Positions 1 to 8,273 of a stretch of 42,535 bases of DNA are shown piece after piece. This DNA is from Gemmatimonadales bacterium. Its GTDB lineage: Bacteria; Gemmatimonadota; Gemmatimonadetes; Gemmatimonadales; GWC2-71-9. The translations under genes and the position numbers were made by a program. Below the pieces are notes generated by a model that had not been told where the DNA came from, made no database searches, and saw only the letters and a list, made by a program, of their open reading frames with translations. Location: positions 1 to 42,535 of the forward strand of contig JAICNA010000001.1 of NCBI GenBank assembly GCA_025928955.1, read 5' to 3'. The stretch's first letter is position 1. Each line of letters opens with the position of its first letter.

Positions 1-1
1 G

Positions 2-2005
2 TTCCTCCAGCCGAAGGACGTGGCGGACTCCACGCTCTTCAAGACCTTCGATGCCCGCTGGCCATGGCGCCCGGCGTCCTACGTGCTCGCGATCGATGAG
101 AGCGGCCGCCGCTTCTCGCTCCGGACCAAGGAAGGGCGCACGATCGACCAGGGCGCCGTCGGCGATTCGATCGGCGAAAAGGTCGGCATGCTGTGGAAAC
201 CCCCCGCCGCCCTCCTCGGCGCGGATCGCGAGATTGAATTCGAGCTCATGACGCCCCGCGATGCGAGCATGGGGCTGCAGCAGGACATCGTCACGAACAT
301 GATGCAGGAAGGCAACTTCCTTCTCGTGTCGCTGAGCGGGGCGGATCCCGCCCGGCTCACCCGCACGCTCAACACCATCGGCGAGCGGTTCGTGAACTAC
401 GCCGGGGAGCTCAAGCGCCGGCGCACCACGGCACAGGCCATCACGCTCGAGGAGAAGCTGCAGTCGGTCGGGGAATCGCTGAAGGTCGCGGACTCCCGCC
501 TCGCGAGCTTCCAGACACGGACCATCACGCAGCCCAGCCAGGGGACGGCGGTGGCGCCGGGCATCGGCCTGACGCAGAACACCGTGATGACCGATTACTT
601 CATGAAGCGCGCGGAGCTCGAGCGGATCCAGCAGGACCGGCAGCGCCTGAACACGGTGCTCGAACGGGCCCGGAGCGGACAGCCCGTGGGCGCCGAGCTG
701 CAGACGATCCAGTCCACCGCGGTGTCGGCGGACCTCAACAACTCGCTCAAGGCGCTGTCGGAGTACGAGGCAGAGCTGCAGAACCTCTCGTTCCGGTACA
801 CCGAGAAGTCGCAGAACGTGCAGGACGTGCAGGAGAAGATCAACACGCTTCGGACGCAGGTCATCCCCGGCCACATCGCGACGCTGAACGGCGCGCTGCG
901 CTCGCAGGAGCTGGCGCTCCAGTCCACGATCGGGGAGCAGACGTCCGAGCTGCGTGGCATGCCGGGCCGCCAGATCCAGGAAGAGAAGCTGATGCGCGAG
1001 CGGGACGTCCTGAACACGATGTATCAGAACCTCCAGCTCCAGTACCAGTCCGCGCGCCTCGCCGAGGCGAGCGCGATCCCGGATGTCGAAGTGCTCGACC
1101 CGGCGGTGGAGCCGCAGCGGCCGAGCAGCAACAGCGCCATCATGATCATCCTGGCCGCTTTCGGCATCAGCCTCGGCCTGGCGCTCGGCGTGGCGCTCCT
1201 GCTCGACCGGCTCGACAAGCGGTTCCGCTATCCGGAGCAGGTCACGAAGGAGCTCGGTCTCAGCATCCTCGGCGCGATTCCCGCCATCAAGCGCGTCCAG
1301 TCGAGCGATCGCGATGCGGAGGAGGCGGCGCAGGTCGTCGAGGCGTTCCGGACCATCCGGATGAACCTGGCCCATTCCTACGGGGCCGCCGGCCCGGTCA
1401 TGCTGACCGTCTCGAGCCCCGAGCCGGGCGACGGGAAGTCGCTCGTGTCGTCGAACCTCGCACTCTCGTTCGCCGAGGCCGGGTACCGGACGCTGCTCAT
1501 CGACGGCGACATCCGCCGCGGCGAGCTGCATCGGATGTTCAATACCGATCGGCGCCCCGGCCTCCTCGACTGCCTGCGGGGCGAGGCCACGCTGGACGAG
1601 ATTCCGCGCGCCACGACGCACAACAATCTCACGCTGATCCCGTGCGGGACGCGGCATCATCATGGGCCGGAGCTCCTCGGCTCGGCGGCGATGCGCGACC
1701 TGATGGCCACGCTCAAGGCGCGGTACAACGTGATCATCGTGGACAGCCCGCCGCTCGGCGCCGGCATCGATCCGTTCGTGCTCGGCACCGCCACCGGCAA
1801 CATCATGCTCGTGCTCCGCTCCGGCGAGACCGACCGCGCCATGGCGGAGGCGAAGCTCAAGCTCCTCGACCGGCTCCCGGTTCGGATCCTGGGCGCGGTG
1901 CTGAACGATGTCCGCACCTCCGACGTCCAGTACAAGTACTACCGGTACGTCTACGGCTATACCGCCGACGAGGAACCGGTCGGGCAGCTCGGCGTCGGAA
2001 GCTGA
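2..2005 (+). CDS. Polysaccharide chain-length determinant (Wzz/GumC-like) fused to a BY-type tyrosine autokinase; 5' end truncated by the window edge
   Basis: ORF 20..2005 stays open back to base 2 in the same frame and lacks the N-terminal TM1 expected for Wzz/GumC proteins. It has a long periplasmic coiled region and the TM 'AIMIILAAFGISLGLALGVALLL'. The kinase domain follows, with Walker A 'SPEPGDGKS', A' 'LLIDGDIRR', Walker B 'VIIVDSPP' and a C-terminal Tyr cluster 'QYKYYRYVYGY'. Confidence 0.85.
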   Translation, partial: FLQPKDVADSTLFKTFDARWPWRPASYVLAIDESGRRFSLRTKEGRTIDQGAVGDSIGEKVGMLWKPPAALLGADREIEFELMTPRDASMGLQQDIVTNMMQEGNFLLVSLSGADPARLTRTLNTIGERFVNYAGELKRRRTTAQAITLEEKLQSVGESLKVADSRLASFQTRTITQPSQGTAVAPGIGLTQNTVMTDYFMKRAELERIQQDRQRLNTVLERARSGQPVGAELQTIQSTAVSADLNNSLKALSEYEAELQNLSFRYTEKSQNVQDVQEKINTLRTQVIPGHIATLNGALRSQELALQSTIGEQTSELRGMPGRQIQEEKLMRERDVLNTMYQNLQLQYQSARLAEASAIPDVEVLDPAVEPQRPSSNSAIMIILAAFGISLGLALGVALLLDRLDKRFRYPEQVTKELGLSILGAIPAIKRVQSSDRDAEEAAQVVEAFRTIRMNLAHSYGAAGPVMLTVSSPEPGDGKSLVSSNLALSFAEAGYRTLLIDGDIRRGELHRMFNTDRRPGLLDCLRGEATLDEIPRATTHNNLTLIPCGTRHHHGPELLGSAAMRDLMATLKARYNVIIVDSPPLGAGIDPFVLGTATGNIMLVLRSGETDRAMAEAKLKLLDRLPVRILGAVLNDVRTSDVQYKYYRYVYGYTADEEPVGQLGVGS

Positions 2006-2028
2006 GCCGACCCTGGCGGACGCAAGCG

Positions 2029-2058
2029 AACGGGCCCTGCAGCGATGCAGGGCCCGTT
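2029..2058. terminator. Hairpin between convergent genes (probable bidirectional terminator)
   Basis: AACGGGCCCTGCA (2029-2041), loop GCGA, TGCAGGGCCCGTT (2046-2058): a perfect 13-bp stem followed by TTC ATTC. It lies between the stop at 2005 (+) and the stop at 2087 (-). Confidence 0.6.
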
Positions 2059-2086
2059 TCATTCGCAGGGATCGTCGTCGTACGTG

Positions 2087-3007
2087 CTAGTTCTGCGCGG
2101 CGAACTCCCGGACGCGGTCAGGGTCGCCGGATTCGCGCAGCTCGCGCAGCGCGGTCGTGGCACGGAGGAGGAGCTCGACCGCATCGACATCCGACGCCCC
2201 GAAGTCGCTCACGGCGCAGTAGCCGGCGCGCAGGCGGATCGGGCCGTTCCCTTCCCGCGCAACGCCCGCCGCCTCGACCACCCCGCCGAGCCGCTCGGCG
2301 AGACGCATCGCCCCGGCCGGGCCGGTGGCTGGAGCGATGACCGCGAACTCGCCATGCGCCAGGCGCCCGACCGCATCCGAGGTCCGGCCCGCCTCGCGGA
2401 ACACGCGCCCGATGCGCTCGACGACGCCGCTCGGCTCGTGGTCGAGCGCGGGACCGTGATCCGGCGAGAACACCACGCACGAGAGGGGCTGGTGGCGGCG
2501 CTGCGCCTCGGAGCCGATCTCCCGGGCGCGGCGCGCGAGACCACGCATGTTATAGAACCCCGTGAGGGTGTCGAGCAGCGTATCGTCCCGGAGGGCGTCC
2601 ACCTCGAGCTTCGACTGGACGAATGTCCGCAGCTTGAGGAGGAGCGCCTCCCCGTCCACCGGCTGCCCCAGGAACTCCCAGGCGCCGGCGCGGTACGCTT
2701 CGAGGCGCTGCGCGCGACCCGAGGGTCCGCTGGTCGTGATGATGATCGGCGTGGTCGCGCTGAAGCGGGGATCGTCCCGGAGCATGCGGCAGACATCGAA
2801 TCCATGGATGTCCGGCATCTGCGCGTCGAGGATGATCAGGTCGGGCCGCTGCGTCCGCGCCTGGTCGAGTGCCTGCTGGCCGGTGTGTGCCCTGACGACG
2901 GCGTAGCCGTTGGGCGCCAGGATGCTTTCCAGCGAGCGGGCCGACCACTCCTGGTCGTTCGCGACCAGGACGAGCGGCGGTTGAACGGCGTCATCTCTCT
3001 GTGCCAT
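2087..3007 (-). CDS. Response-regulator receiver domain fused to a degenerate GGDEF domain (AHGEF in place of GGDEF, RxxD I-site retained)
   Basis: Receiver: 'LVLVANDQE...DLIILDAQMPDIHGFDVCRML...PIIITTSG'. GGDEF-domain start: 'DTLTGFYNMRGL'. Motif region: 'RTSDAVGRLAHGEFAVIAP'. Confidence 0.85.
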   Translation of the reverse strand: MAQRDDAVQPPLVLVANDQEWSARSLESILAPNGYAVVRAHTGQQALDQARTQRPDLIILDAQMPDIHGFDVCRMLRDDPRFSATTPIIITTSGPSGRAQRLEAYRAGAWEFLGQPVDGEALLLKLRTFVQSKLEVDALRDDTLLDTLTGFYNMRGLARRAREIGSEAQRRHQPLSCVVFSPDHGPALDHEPSGVVERIGRVFREAGRTSDAVGRLAHGEFAVIAPATGPAGAMRLAERLGGVVEAAGVAREGNGPIRLRAGYCAVSDFGASDVDAVELLLRATTALRELRESGDPDRVREFAAQN

Positions 3008-3326
3008 GCGCCTCGTGACATTCGGCTATGAGTAGCGACCCGGAAGGCCGGGCCGACAATTACCGCTGATGGACCGCCGGATCAACCGCAGAAGTCGTGC
3101 GACGGATGAAGAATCCTTAACACTATATCCTGCAGTGAATTGCGGCGAAAGCCGGATTGCGCCCTCCTGCATATAGCAGGGCGGACGCAACACCTTCGGT
3201 CCCCCGGCCGCGCGGTGCTGTCCGCCGAAGTGGGGCGCCCGACCTTCAGTTGTGGGGCTGGTGCAACGCGCTGCCCGCGCGCCCGGCCGCGCATGCGAGG
3301 GATGAAGATACCGCTAAGTTGTTTAC

Positions 3327-3342
3327 CGGCAATCAATTAGCA
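3327..3342 (+). promoter_or_regulatory. Weak sigma-54-like -24/-12 match (CGGCAA-TCAAT-TAGCA)
   Basis: GG (3328-3329) and GC (3340-3341) have the required 10-nt spacing, inside a low-GC island. Both half-sites are imperfect and the element is far (>450 nt) from the next long CDS. Confidence 0.2.
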
Positions 3343-3470
3343 AGTTGCTGCATCCAGGCCGAGCGAAAAACTCGCTCTCGGCCGAACGCGGCTCCAGAAT
3401 TGAAGAGGGGAGGGCGTTCACGCGAGTTCCCTGTGACGCCGCGAGGCACGCACTGGAAGGCGAAAGCTGC

Positions 3471-3644
3471 ATGAAGGACGAAACGCGGCCGGATCTGATC
3501 GGCGCCCCGGAAGAGCTCTCGGACGAGCGCTCGGAATTCTCGCATCGGCTGGCGAGCTTCGGCCTCGGCGAGAAACCCGGGCGGCTCCTGGAGGAGTCGC
3601 CGCGGCGGCCTTCGCGGCCCGTGACGAAACCCATCGTCGAGTAA
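3471..3644 (+). CDS. Small hypothetical protein (57 aa; acidic N-half, basic C-half)
   Basis: ATG at 3471 inside ORF 3345..3644. Third-codon positions are almost all G/C, as in the flanking real genes. A purine-rich stretch GGAAGGCGAAAG lies just upstream. No recognisable motif. The antisense ORFs covering it look like low-complexity S/R/P junk. Confidence 0.3.
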   Translation: MKDETRPDLIGAPEELSDERSEFSHRLASFGLGEKPGRLLEESPRRPSRPVTKPIVE

Positions 3645-3700
3645 CGGGTTGGCCTCTTTGCCGCGGGGGTGAGTCGGGTCACAGGACAGAACGCACGACG

Positions 3701-3716
3701 TGGTATTTTCAATGCT
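3701..3716 (+). promoter_or_regulatory. Sigma-54-type promoter candidate (TGGTAT-TTTCA-ATGCT) for the export/exosortase operon
   Basis: GG-N10-GC spacing is correct and the element sits in a local AT-rich patch. It lies 83 nt upstream of the ATG at 3799. Confidence 0.4.
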
Positions 3717-3798
3717 GAGCACTCGCGATTCCTGAGCGGCCGATACGCCGGAACGGGCGCAGGAAACGACGCGTCATCAACAGGAGACAGGTCACACG

Positions 3799-4539
3799 AT
3801 GCAGATGTCACTCGAACGGGTGCTGTTGCTTGGAGCACTGTTCCTCGCGCCGACGTCCGCCCTGGCGCAGACGCCGGTGCCGTCGGACCGCGCTCGGGCC
3901 ATGGCCACCCGTGCCGAGCTGCAGGCGCTCGCGTCGACCTCGAAGTCGGATGAGGACCGCGCCGTGGTTCAGGCCCGCCTCACCGACGGCGATTTCCAGC
4001 CCGGCGATCTGATCGCCCTCTCGGTCATCGAGGACTCCACGCTGACCGACACATTCACGATCCGCGCGGGCCGTACCCTCAAACTCCCCAACATTCCCGA
4101 GGTCTCGCTCCGCGGTGTGCTGCGCTCGGAGCTGGACAGCGTCCTCACCAGGCTGGTGGGCGAATACGTCCGCAACCCGCAGGTCGACGCGGTCGCGCTG
4201 ATCCGGGTCGCGGTGCTCGGCGCCGTGAACCGGCCGGGGTTCTACTCGGTTCCTGCCGAGACGCCCGCACCGCAGGTCGTGATGATCGCGGGTGGACCGG
4301 GCCAGAATACCGACCTCGAGAAGGTCGAAATCCGTCGGGGCGAGGTAGTCGTGCTGGATCGCGAGGAAATGAGCACGGCCTTTGCTTCAGGTACCTCGAT
4401 CGACCAGCTCAACGTCCTCGGCGGCGACCAGTTCTTCGTCGGCGAGAAGAGCGGCGGCTGGAAGGGGACCTTGCAGACGGTCGGGCTCATTACCGGACTC
4501 CTGTCGGGTATCTACTTCGCCACGCGACTTTTCGAGTAA
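3799..4539 (+). CDS. Polysaccharide biosynthesis/export protein (Wza/EpsE-like; Poly_export + SLBB)
   Basis: Signal peptide 'MQMSLERVLLLGALFLAPTSALAQ'. Motifs 'PGDLIALSVIED...IRAGRTLKLPNIPEVSLRGV' and 'VLGAVNRPGFYSVP'. GGAG lies 13 nt upstream of the ATG. Confidence 0.85.
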   Translation: MQMSLERVLLLGALFLAPTSALAQTPVPSDRARAMATRAELQALASTSKSDEDRAVVQARLTDGDFQPGDLIALSVIEDSTLTDTFTIRAGRTLKLPNIPEVSLRGVLRSELDSVLTRLVGEYVRNPQVDAVALIRVAVLGAVNRPGFYSVPAETPAPQVVMIAGGPGQNTDLEKVEIRRGEVVVLDREEMSTAFASGTSIDQLNVLGGDQFFVGEKSGGWKGTLQTVGLITGLLSGIYFATRLFE

Positions 4540-5324
4540 TGGCACGCCGAATGGGAATTTCGATGCCCGGACTTCACGAAGGCCAGCCAGCCCTGCCGCG
4601 TGCCGCAGTTCGCGTCTCGCGACCGCAGCCGGTTCAGAGTGTGGGTCCGGTCGCCACCGAGGCGCAGGCGGGGAGCCGCACGCTCTCGGAGCACGCCCGT
4701 CGAGCGCTCAACTTCGTCCTCGCGCTCCTCGGCCTGGTGCTCGCGCTGCCGCTCCTCCTGCTGGTCGCGATCCTGATCAAGCTGACCTCGCGCGGGCCGG
4801 TGATGTACACGCAGGTGCGGGTGGGACTCGACCGCCGCGCGGACGGCGACCTCAACACGAACCACCGCCGGGTCAGCGACATCGGCGGCAAGCCGTTCAA
4901 CATCTACAAGTTCCGCACGATGCGCACGGATGCGGAACAGGGCACGGGCGCGGTCTGGGCCCAGGCGCATGACCCGCGGGTCACCTGGATCGGCCGCTAC
5001 CTGCGCCAGTACCGGATCGACGAGCTGCCGCAGCTCATCAACGTGCTCAAGGGGGAGATGAACATCGTCGGCCCCCGGCCGGAGCGGCCGATGATCTTCG
5101 CCGAGCTGCGGAAGAACATCACCGAGTACCCGCTGCGCCAGCGCGCCAAGCCGGGCATCACGGGACTCGCACAGATCAACCACCACTACGACCGCTGCCT
5201 GGATGACGTCCGGAAGAAGGTGCGCTACGATCTCGAGTACATCGAGAAGCAGAGCCTGCTCGAGGACCTCCGGATCATGTTCCAGACGGTGCCGGTGATC
5301 CTGTTCCGGCGTGGCGGCTGGTAG
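4539..5324 (+). CDS. Priming sugar transferase (bacterial sugar transferase family; undecaprenyl-phosphate glycosyl-1-phosphate transferase, EpsB/WbaP-like)
   Basis: TM 'LNFVLALLGLVLALPLLLLVAILI'. Motifs 'KFRTMRTDAE' and 'IDELPQLINVLKGEMNIVGPRPERP'. The start overlaps the upstream stop (TAATG). ATGs at 4551 and 4563 are alternative starts. Confidence 0.9.
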   Translation: MARRMGISMPGLHEGQPALPRAAVRVSRPQPVQSVGPVATEAQAGSRTLSEHARRALNFVLALLGLVLALPLLLLVAILIKLTSRGPVMYTQVRVGLDRRADGDLNTNHRRVSDIGGKPFNIYKFRTMRTDAEQGTGAVWAQAHDPRVTWIGRYLRQYRIDELPQLINVLKGEMNIVGPRPERPMIFAELRKNITEYPLRQRAKPGITGLAQINHHYDRCLDDVRKKVRYDLEYIEKQSLLEDLRIMFQTVPVILFRRGGW

Positions 5325-5331
5325 ACGCGCG

Positions 5332-6219
5332 ATGACCGCAACCGTCAAGCCTTTGCCGATCCTGGCGCTCACCAGACGGCCCGCCGCAGCATTGCCGGTC
5401 GCCGTGGCAGCGATCGCGTTCGCCGTGCTCTTTGCGCAGCCGATCCGGAGCCTCGCCGCGGAGTGGTGGAACAACCCGGAAGCCGGGCACGGGCTGCTGC
5501 TCGCGCCCCTCGCCGTGTGGCTCGCGTGGCGCCGGGGGATCGACCCGGCCGCCCGGAGCCAGGTGATCTTCGGCTCCGTCATCATCGTCGGCGCCGTGCT
5601 CCTCCGGTATCTCTCCGGCCTCGCCGCCGAGATCTTCACGATGCGAGTCTCCGCCCTCATGGCGCTGGCCGGCGTCGTGGTGTTCGCGGCGGGCTGGCGC
5701 CAGGTGCTCCGCTGGTGGCTGCCGTTCACCATCCTCTTCCTCTCGATTCCATGGCCCGCGCTGATCACCACCGCGCTGGCGCTTCCACTTCAGTTCCAGG
5801 CCTCGCAGATGGGCGCGGCACTCCTCGAGATGCGCAACGTGCCGGTCATGCTGCAGGGCAACGTCATCCAGATTCCCGGGCACCGGCTGTTCGTGACCGA
5901 GGCATGCAGTGGCCTTCGCTCGCTCACGGCACTCCTCAGCCTCGGCGTTCTCGTCGGGGGCCTCTGGCTCCGCTTTCCCGTGAGCCGGCTCCTCGTGCTT
6001 CTGCTCGCCATCCCGGTGGCGATCCTGATCAATGCGGTGCGGGTCTTCCTGACGGGCTTCCTCGTCTACTTCGTCGATCCCAAGCTGGGCGAGGGCTTCA
6101 TGCACGTGACCGAGGGCTGGCTCCTCTTCGTCGTGGCCTTCGCGATGCTCGGCGCGATCGCCTGGCTCGCGAGCAGCATCGAGCGGCGCGTTCGGCCGGA
6201 GGCGGTGGCAGATGCTTGA
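5332..6219 (+). CDS. Exosortase (XrtA/EpsH-like transpeptidase for PEP-CTERM proteins)
   Basis: N-terminal motif 'AAEWWNNPEAGHGLLLAPLAVWLAWRR'. Catalytic-type Cys 'FVTEACSGLRSL', Arg 'INAVRVFLTG' and His 'FMHVTEGWLLF'. Polytopic membrane protein. An alternative GTG start lies at 5311. Confidence 0.85.
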   Translation: MTATVKPLPILALTRRPAAALPVAVAAIAFAVLFAQPIRSLAAEWWNNPEAGHGLLLAPLAVWLAWRRGIDPAARSQVIFGSVIIVGAVLLRYLSGLAAEIFTMRVSALMALAGVVVFAAGWRQVLRWWLPFTILFLSIPWPALITTALALPLQFQASQMGAALLEMRNVPVMLQGNVIQIPGHRLFVTEACSGLRSLTALLSLGVLVGGLWLRFPVSRLLVLLLAIPVAILINAVRVFLTGFLVYFVDPKLGEGFMHVTEGWLLFVVAFAMLGAIAWLASSIERRVRPEAVADA

Positions 6220-6847
6220 TTGGCAGCGCTGGATTCCTGCGGCGGCGTTCGGCGCCGGCTGCGTTCTGCTCCTGAGCGTCCAGCGCCAGCAGGTCATGGC
6301 ATTGCGCGCCCCGCTGGAAACGATCCCGATCGAGATCGAGGGATTCCGTGGCTTCGATCAGGTCATCAGCGAGGAGGAACAGCGCGTCGCGGGCATGTCG
6401 GATTACGTCCTCCGGTCCTTCACGAGGGATTCGCTCGTCGCCTTTTCGGTGTACGTCGGATACTACGAGCAGCAGACACAGGGCCGGACCATTCACTCGC
6501 CGCGGAACTGCCTGCCGGGGGCGGGGTGGGAAGCGCTCAGCGCCGGGCGCGAGCCGGTTCCGGTGGCGGGAGACACGGTCCTGATCAACCGGTACCAGCT
6601 CGCGAACGGTGATGCGCGCGCGCTGGTCTACTACTGGTACCAGGGACGGGGTCGGGTCGAGTCGAGCGAATACAAGGTCAAGTGGGACCTGCTGCGCGAT
6701 GCCGCGCTCACGGGCCGTTCGGAAGAGGCGCTCGTGCGCATCGTGGTGCCGATGAACGGCGCCATTACCGACCCCGACGCGCTCGCGCGAAAGATCGCTG
6801 CCGAGCTCGTGCCCGAAGTCGAGAAGCGGCTTCCCGCCCCCGCCTGA
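6212..6847 (+). CDS. epsI: EpsI-family exosortase-associated protein
   Basis: N-terminal TM, then 'YVGYYEQQTQGRTIHSPRNCLPGAGWE', typical of EpsI. There is an 8-nt overlap with the exosortase gene. Confidence 0.85.
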   Translation: MLDWQRWIPAAAFGAGCVLLLSVQRQQVMALRAPLETIPIEIEGFRGFDQVISEEEQRVAGMSDYVLRSFTRDSLVAFSVYVGYYEQQTQGRTIHSPRNCLPGAGWEALSAGREPVPVAGDTVLINRYQLANGDARALVYYWYQGRGRVESSEYKVKWDLLRDAALTGRSEEALVRIVVPMNGAITDPDALARKIAAELVPEVEKRLPAPA

Positions 6848-6870
6848 CGTTCCCCGCTCCCTGCATGCAG

Positions 6871-6896
6871 AAGGGGCCGCCATGAGGCGGCCCCTT
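6871..6896. terminator. Hairpin between convergent genes (probable bidirectional terminator)
   Basis: AAGGGGCCGCC (6871-6881), loop ATGA, GGCGGCCCCTT (6886-6896), followed by TCGCTT. Confidence 0.6.
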
Positions 6897-6920
6897 TCGC
6901 TTGCCCGAAACCGCGGGCGC

Positions 6921-7460
6921 TCAGGGCGGGGGCCGATGCCCGCGCTGCCCGATGACGATTCCCTCCCCCGCCGCACGACGCCGGGAGGGCCCGGGCGCGC
7001 CGCTGCGCTGCGTGGCCCGGAAGGCGCCGACGCCGAGTGCGGCGCAGGATGCGATGGCGAGCAGCGCGGTCACGACGGCCTTGATGCCCGCGAGATCGTA
7101 GCCACCCTTCGCCTCGGTCCGGACGATCCGGCGCAGCTGCAGCGCGTCGAGCGCGAAGCTCGCCGTGAGCAGGATGACCACGACGCCGAGGATGAGCGCG
7201 ACGACGCCGACGACCCGAAGGCCCGTGCGATGGCCGAGGAAGAACGCGGCGACTGCCGCAACGAGCAGCGCGAAGAGCACGGTCGGGAGCATGGTGTAGA
7301 GGATGCCCGTGACGGCGAACCTCCAGCCCAGCTCATCCGTGCGTGGTGGCCACGTCGCCGAGAAGGCCTCGATGAAGGGCTGCAGAAAGAGCAGCGCCGC
7401 GAGGGCATAGAGCCCGAACAGCCACGGTCGCAGCCTCGGCGAGACGATCGCGTTGCGCAT
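6921..7460 (-). CDS. Hypothetical 4-TM membrane protein, paralog of 8274..8870
   Basis: I chose the ATG at 7460 (GGAG 5 nt upstream) rather than the ORF-track start at 7544. Four hydrophobic segments. It can be aligned by eye with the 8274..8870 product: 'WRFAVTGIL' vs 'WRYGALGLV', 'GHRTGLRVVGVVALILG' vs 'RHHGVLRLVSGVLLAVA', 'GVGAFRA' vs 'GIGGFRA'. Confidence 0.6.
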   Translation of the reverse strand: MRNAIVSPRLRPWLFGLYALAALLFLQPFIEAFSATWPPRTDELGWRFAVTGILYTMLPTVLFALLVAAVAAFFLGHRTGLRVVGVVALILGVVVILLTASFALDALQLRRIVRTEAKGGYDLAGIKAVVTALLAIASCAALGVGAFRATQRSGAPGPSRRRAAGEGIVIGQRGHRPPP

Positions 7461-7548
7461 GGTGCTCCACGGTCTGGGAGTGGCTGAAAGCTGAGGCGAG
7501 CCGGTGAGATGCACAAGCCGCGCCCGGCAGGCTCCGAGCCGCAAACGA

Positions 7549-7572
7549 ATGGGGCGCCCTGCGGCGCCCCAT
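7549..7572 (-). terminator. Hairpin just downstream of the PEP-CTERM gene (terminator/attenuator candidate)
   Basis: ATGGGGCGCC (7549-7558), loop CTGC, GGCGCCCCAT (7563-7572). On the minus strand it is followed by TTCGTTTG. Confidence 0.5.
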
Positions 7573-7604
7573 GTGCTGGCAGATCGGTCGGCCTGCGCTT
7601 GCTG

Positions 7605-8255
7605 CTACTTCCGGCGGCGCTTGAGCACGCCGGCGCCGCCCATGCCGGCGAGGCCGGTGGCGAGCAGCGTCATGGTGACGGGCTCGGGGACGGTCGTGAC
7701 CCCGCGAACCGCGAAGATCGCATCATTGTAGTCCTCATCGCCGCCTCCGAGAATGTCCTCGAAGCCGATGATGTAATCGAACTCCGACCCGATGCCGAGA
7801 GCATCGAGATCGGTGCCGGTGAGGGCGATATACTCCGCACGCGTCCACACGATCATGTGCGGCATGCCATCGCCATTACGGCTGCCGTCGCCACTGTAGA
7901 AGATGTCGTCGGCAGACGGGCACCCGGGCTCGGGCGACGTGCCGTCGCGCCGGACGCAGATGCCGAAAATGGCCTCATCGCCCATGGCCAGGCTGCCGTC
8001 GTTCACATCGACGAACTCGCCGGGCGTGCTGGCATGATTGTCGAACAGGAACTGCGCGTCGCTGAACTGGCCGACGGTGAGGAAGAAGTACAGATCGTCG
8101 CCGTACGCCGCTTCACTGCCGACGAACCGGACGGCGATGTCGCCCGTCTTGAAGACGGGTTGACCGAGCATTCCATCGGCGCGGGCCGTTCCCGCGAACA
8201 TCGCGAGCGCGGCAGCGACCATGGCGCTTCGGGCGAACAGATTGCCGAGCTTCAT
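7605..8255 (-). CDS. PEP-CTERM sorting-domain protein with a DUF4114-like domain (exosortase substrate)
   Basis: Signal peptide 'MKLGNLFARSAMVAAALAMFAGTARA'. DUF4114-like motif 'FDYIIGFEDILGGGDEDYNDAIFAV'. The C-terminus 'VPEPVTMTLLATGLAGMGGAGVLKRRRK' has the VPEP + TM + Arg/Lys-cluster pattern. Confidence 0.9.
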   Translation of the reverse strand: MKLGNLFARSAMVAAALAMFAGTARADGMLGQPVFKTGDIAVRFVGSEAAYGDDLYFFLTVGQFSDAQFLFDNHASTPGEFVDVNDGSLAMGDEAIFGICVRRDGTSPEPGCPSADDIFYSGDGSRNGDGMPHMIVWTRAEYIALTGTDLDALGIGSEFDYIIGFEDILGGGDEDYNDAIFAVRGVTTVPEPVTMTLLATGLAGMGGAGVLKRRRK

Positions 8256-8273
8256 GTGAAGTTCCCCTGTGAG

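Noticed and set aside
2087-3007. Annotating the GGDEF protein as an active diguanylate cyclase
   Set aside because: The GG[DE]EF signature is AHGEF, so catalytic activity is unlikely. It is reported instead as a degenerate domain / possible receptor.
3140-3200. A third riboswitch copy in the 3008-3798 region: a GAAA-looped hairpin GCGGC-GAAA-GCCGG and a nearby GGACGCAAC
   Set aside because: The pieces are in the wrong order and spacing, and GCAAA is missing before the hairpin. It does not reproduce the GEMM-I-like layout seen at 13670 and 16439.
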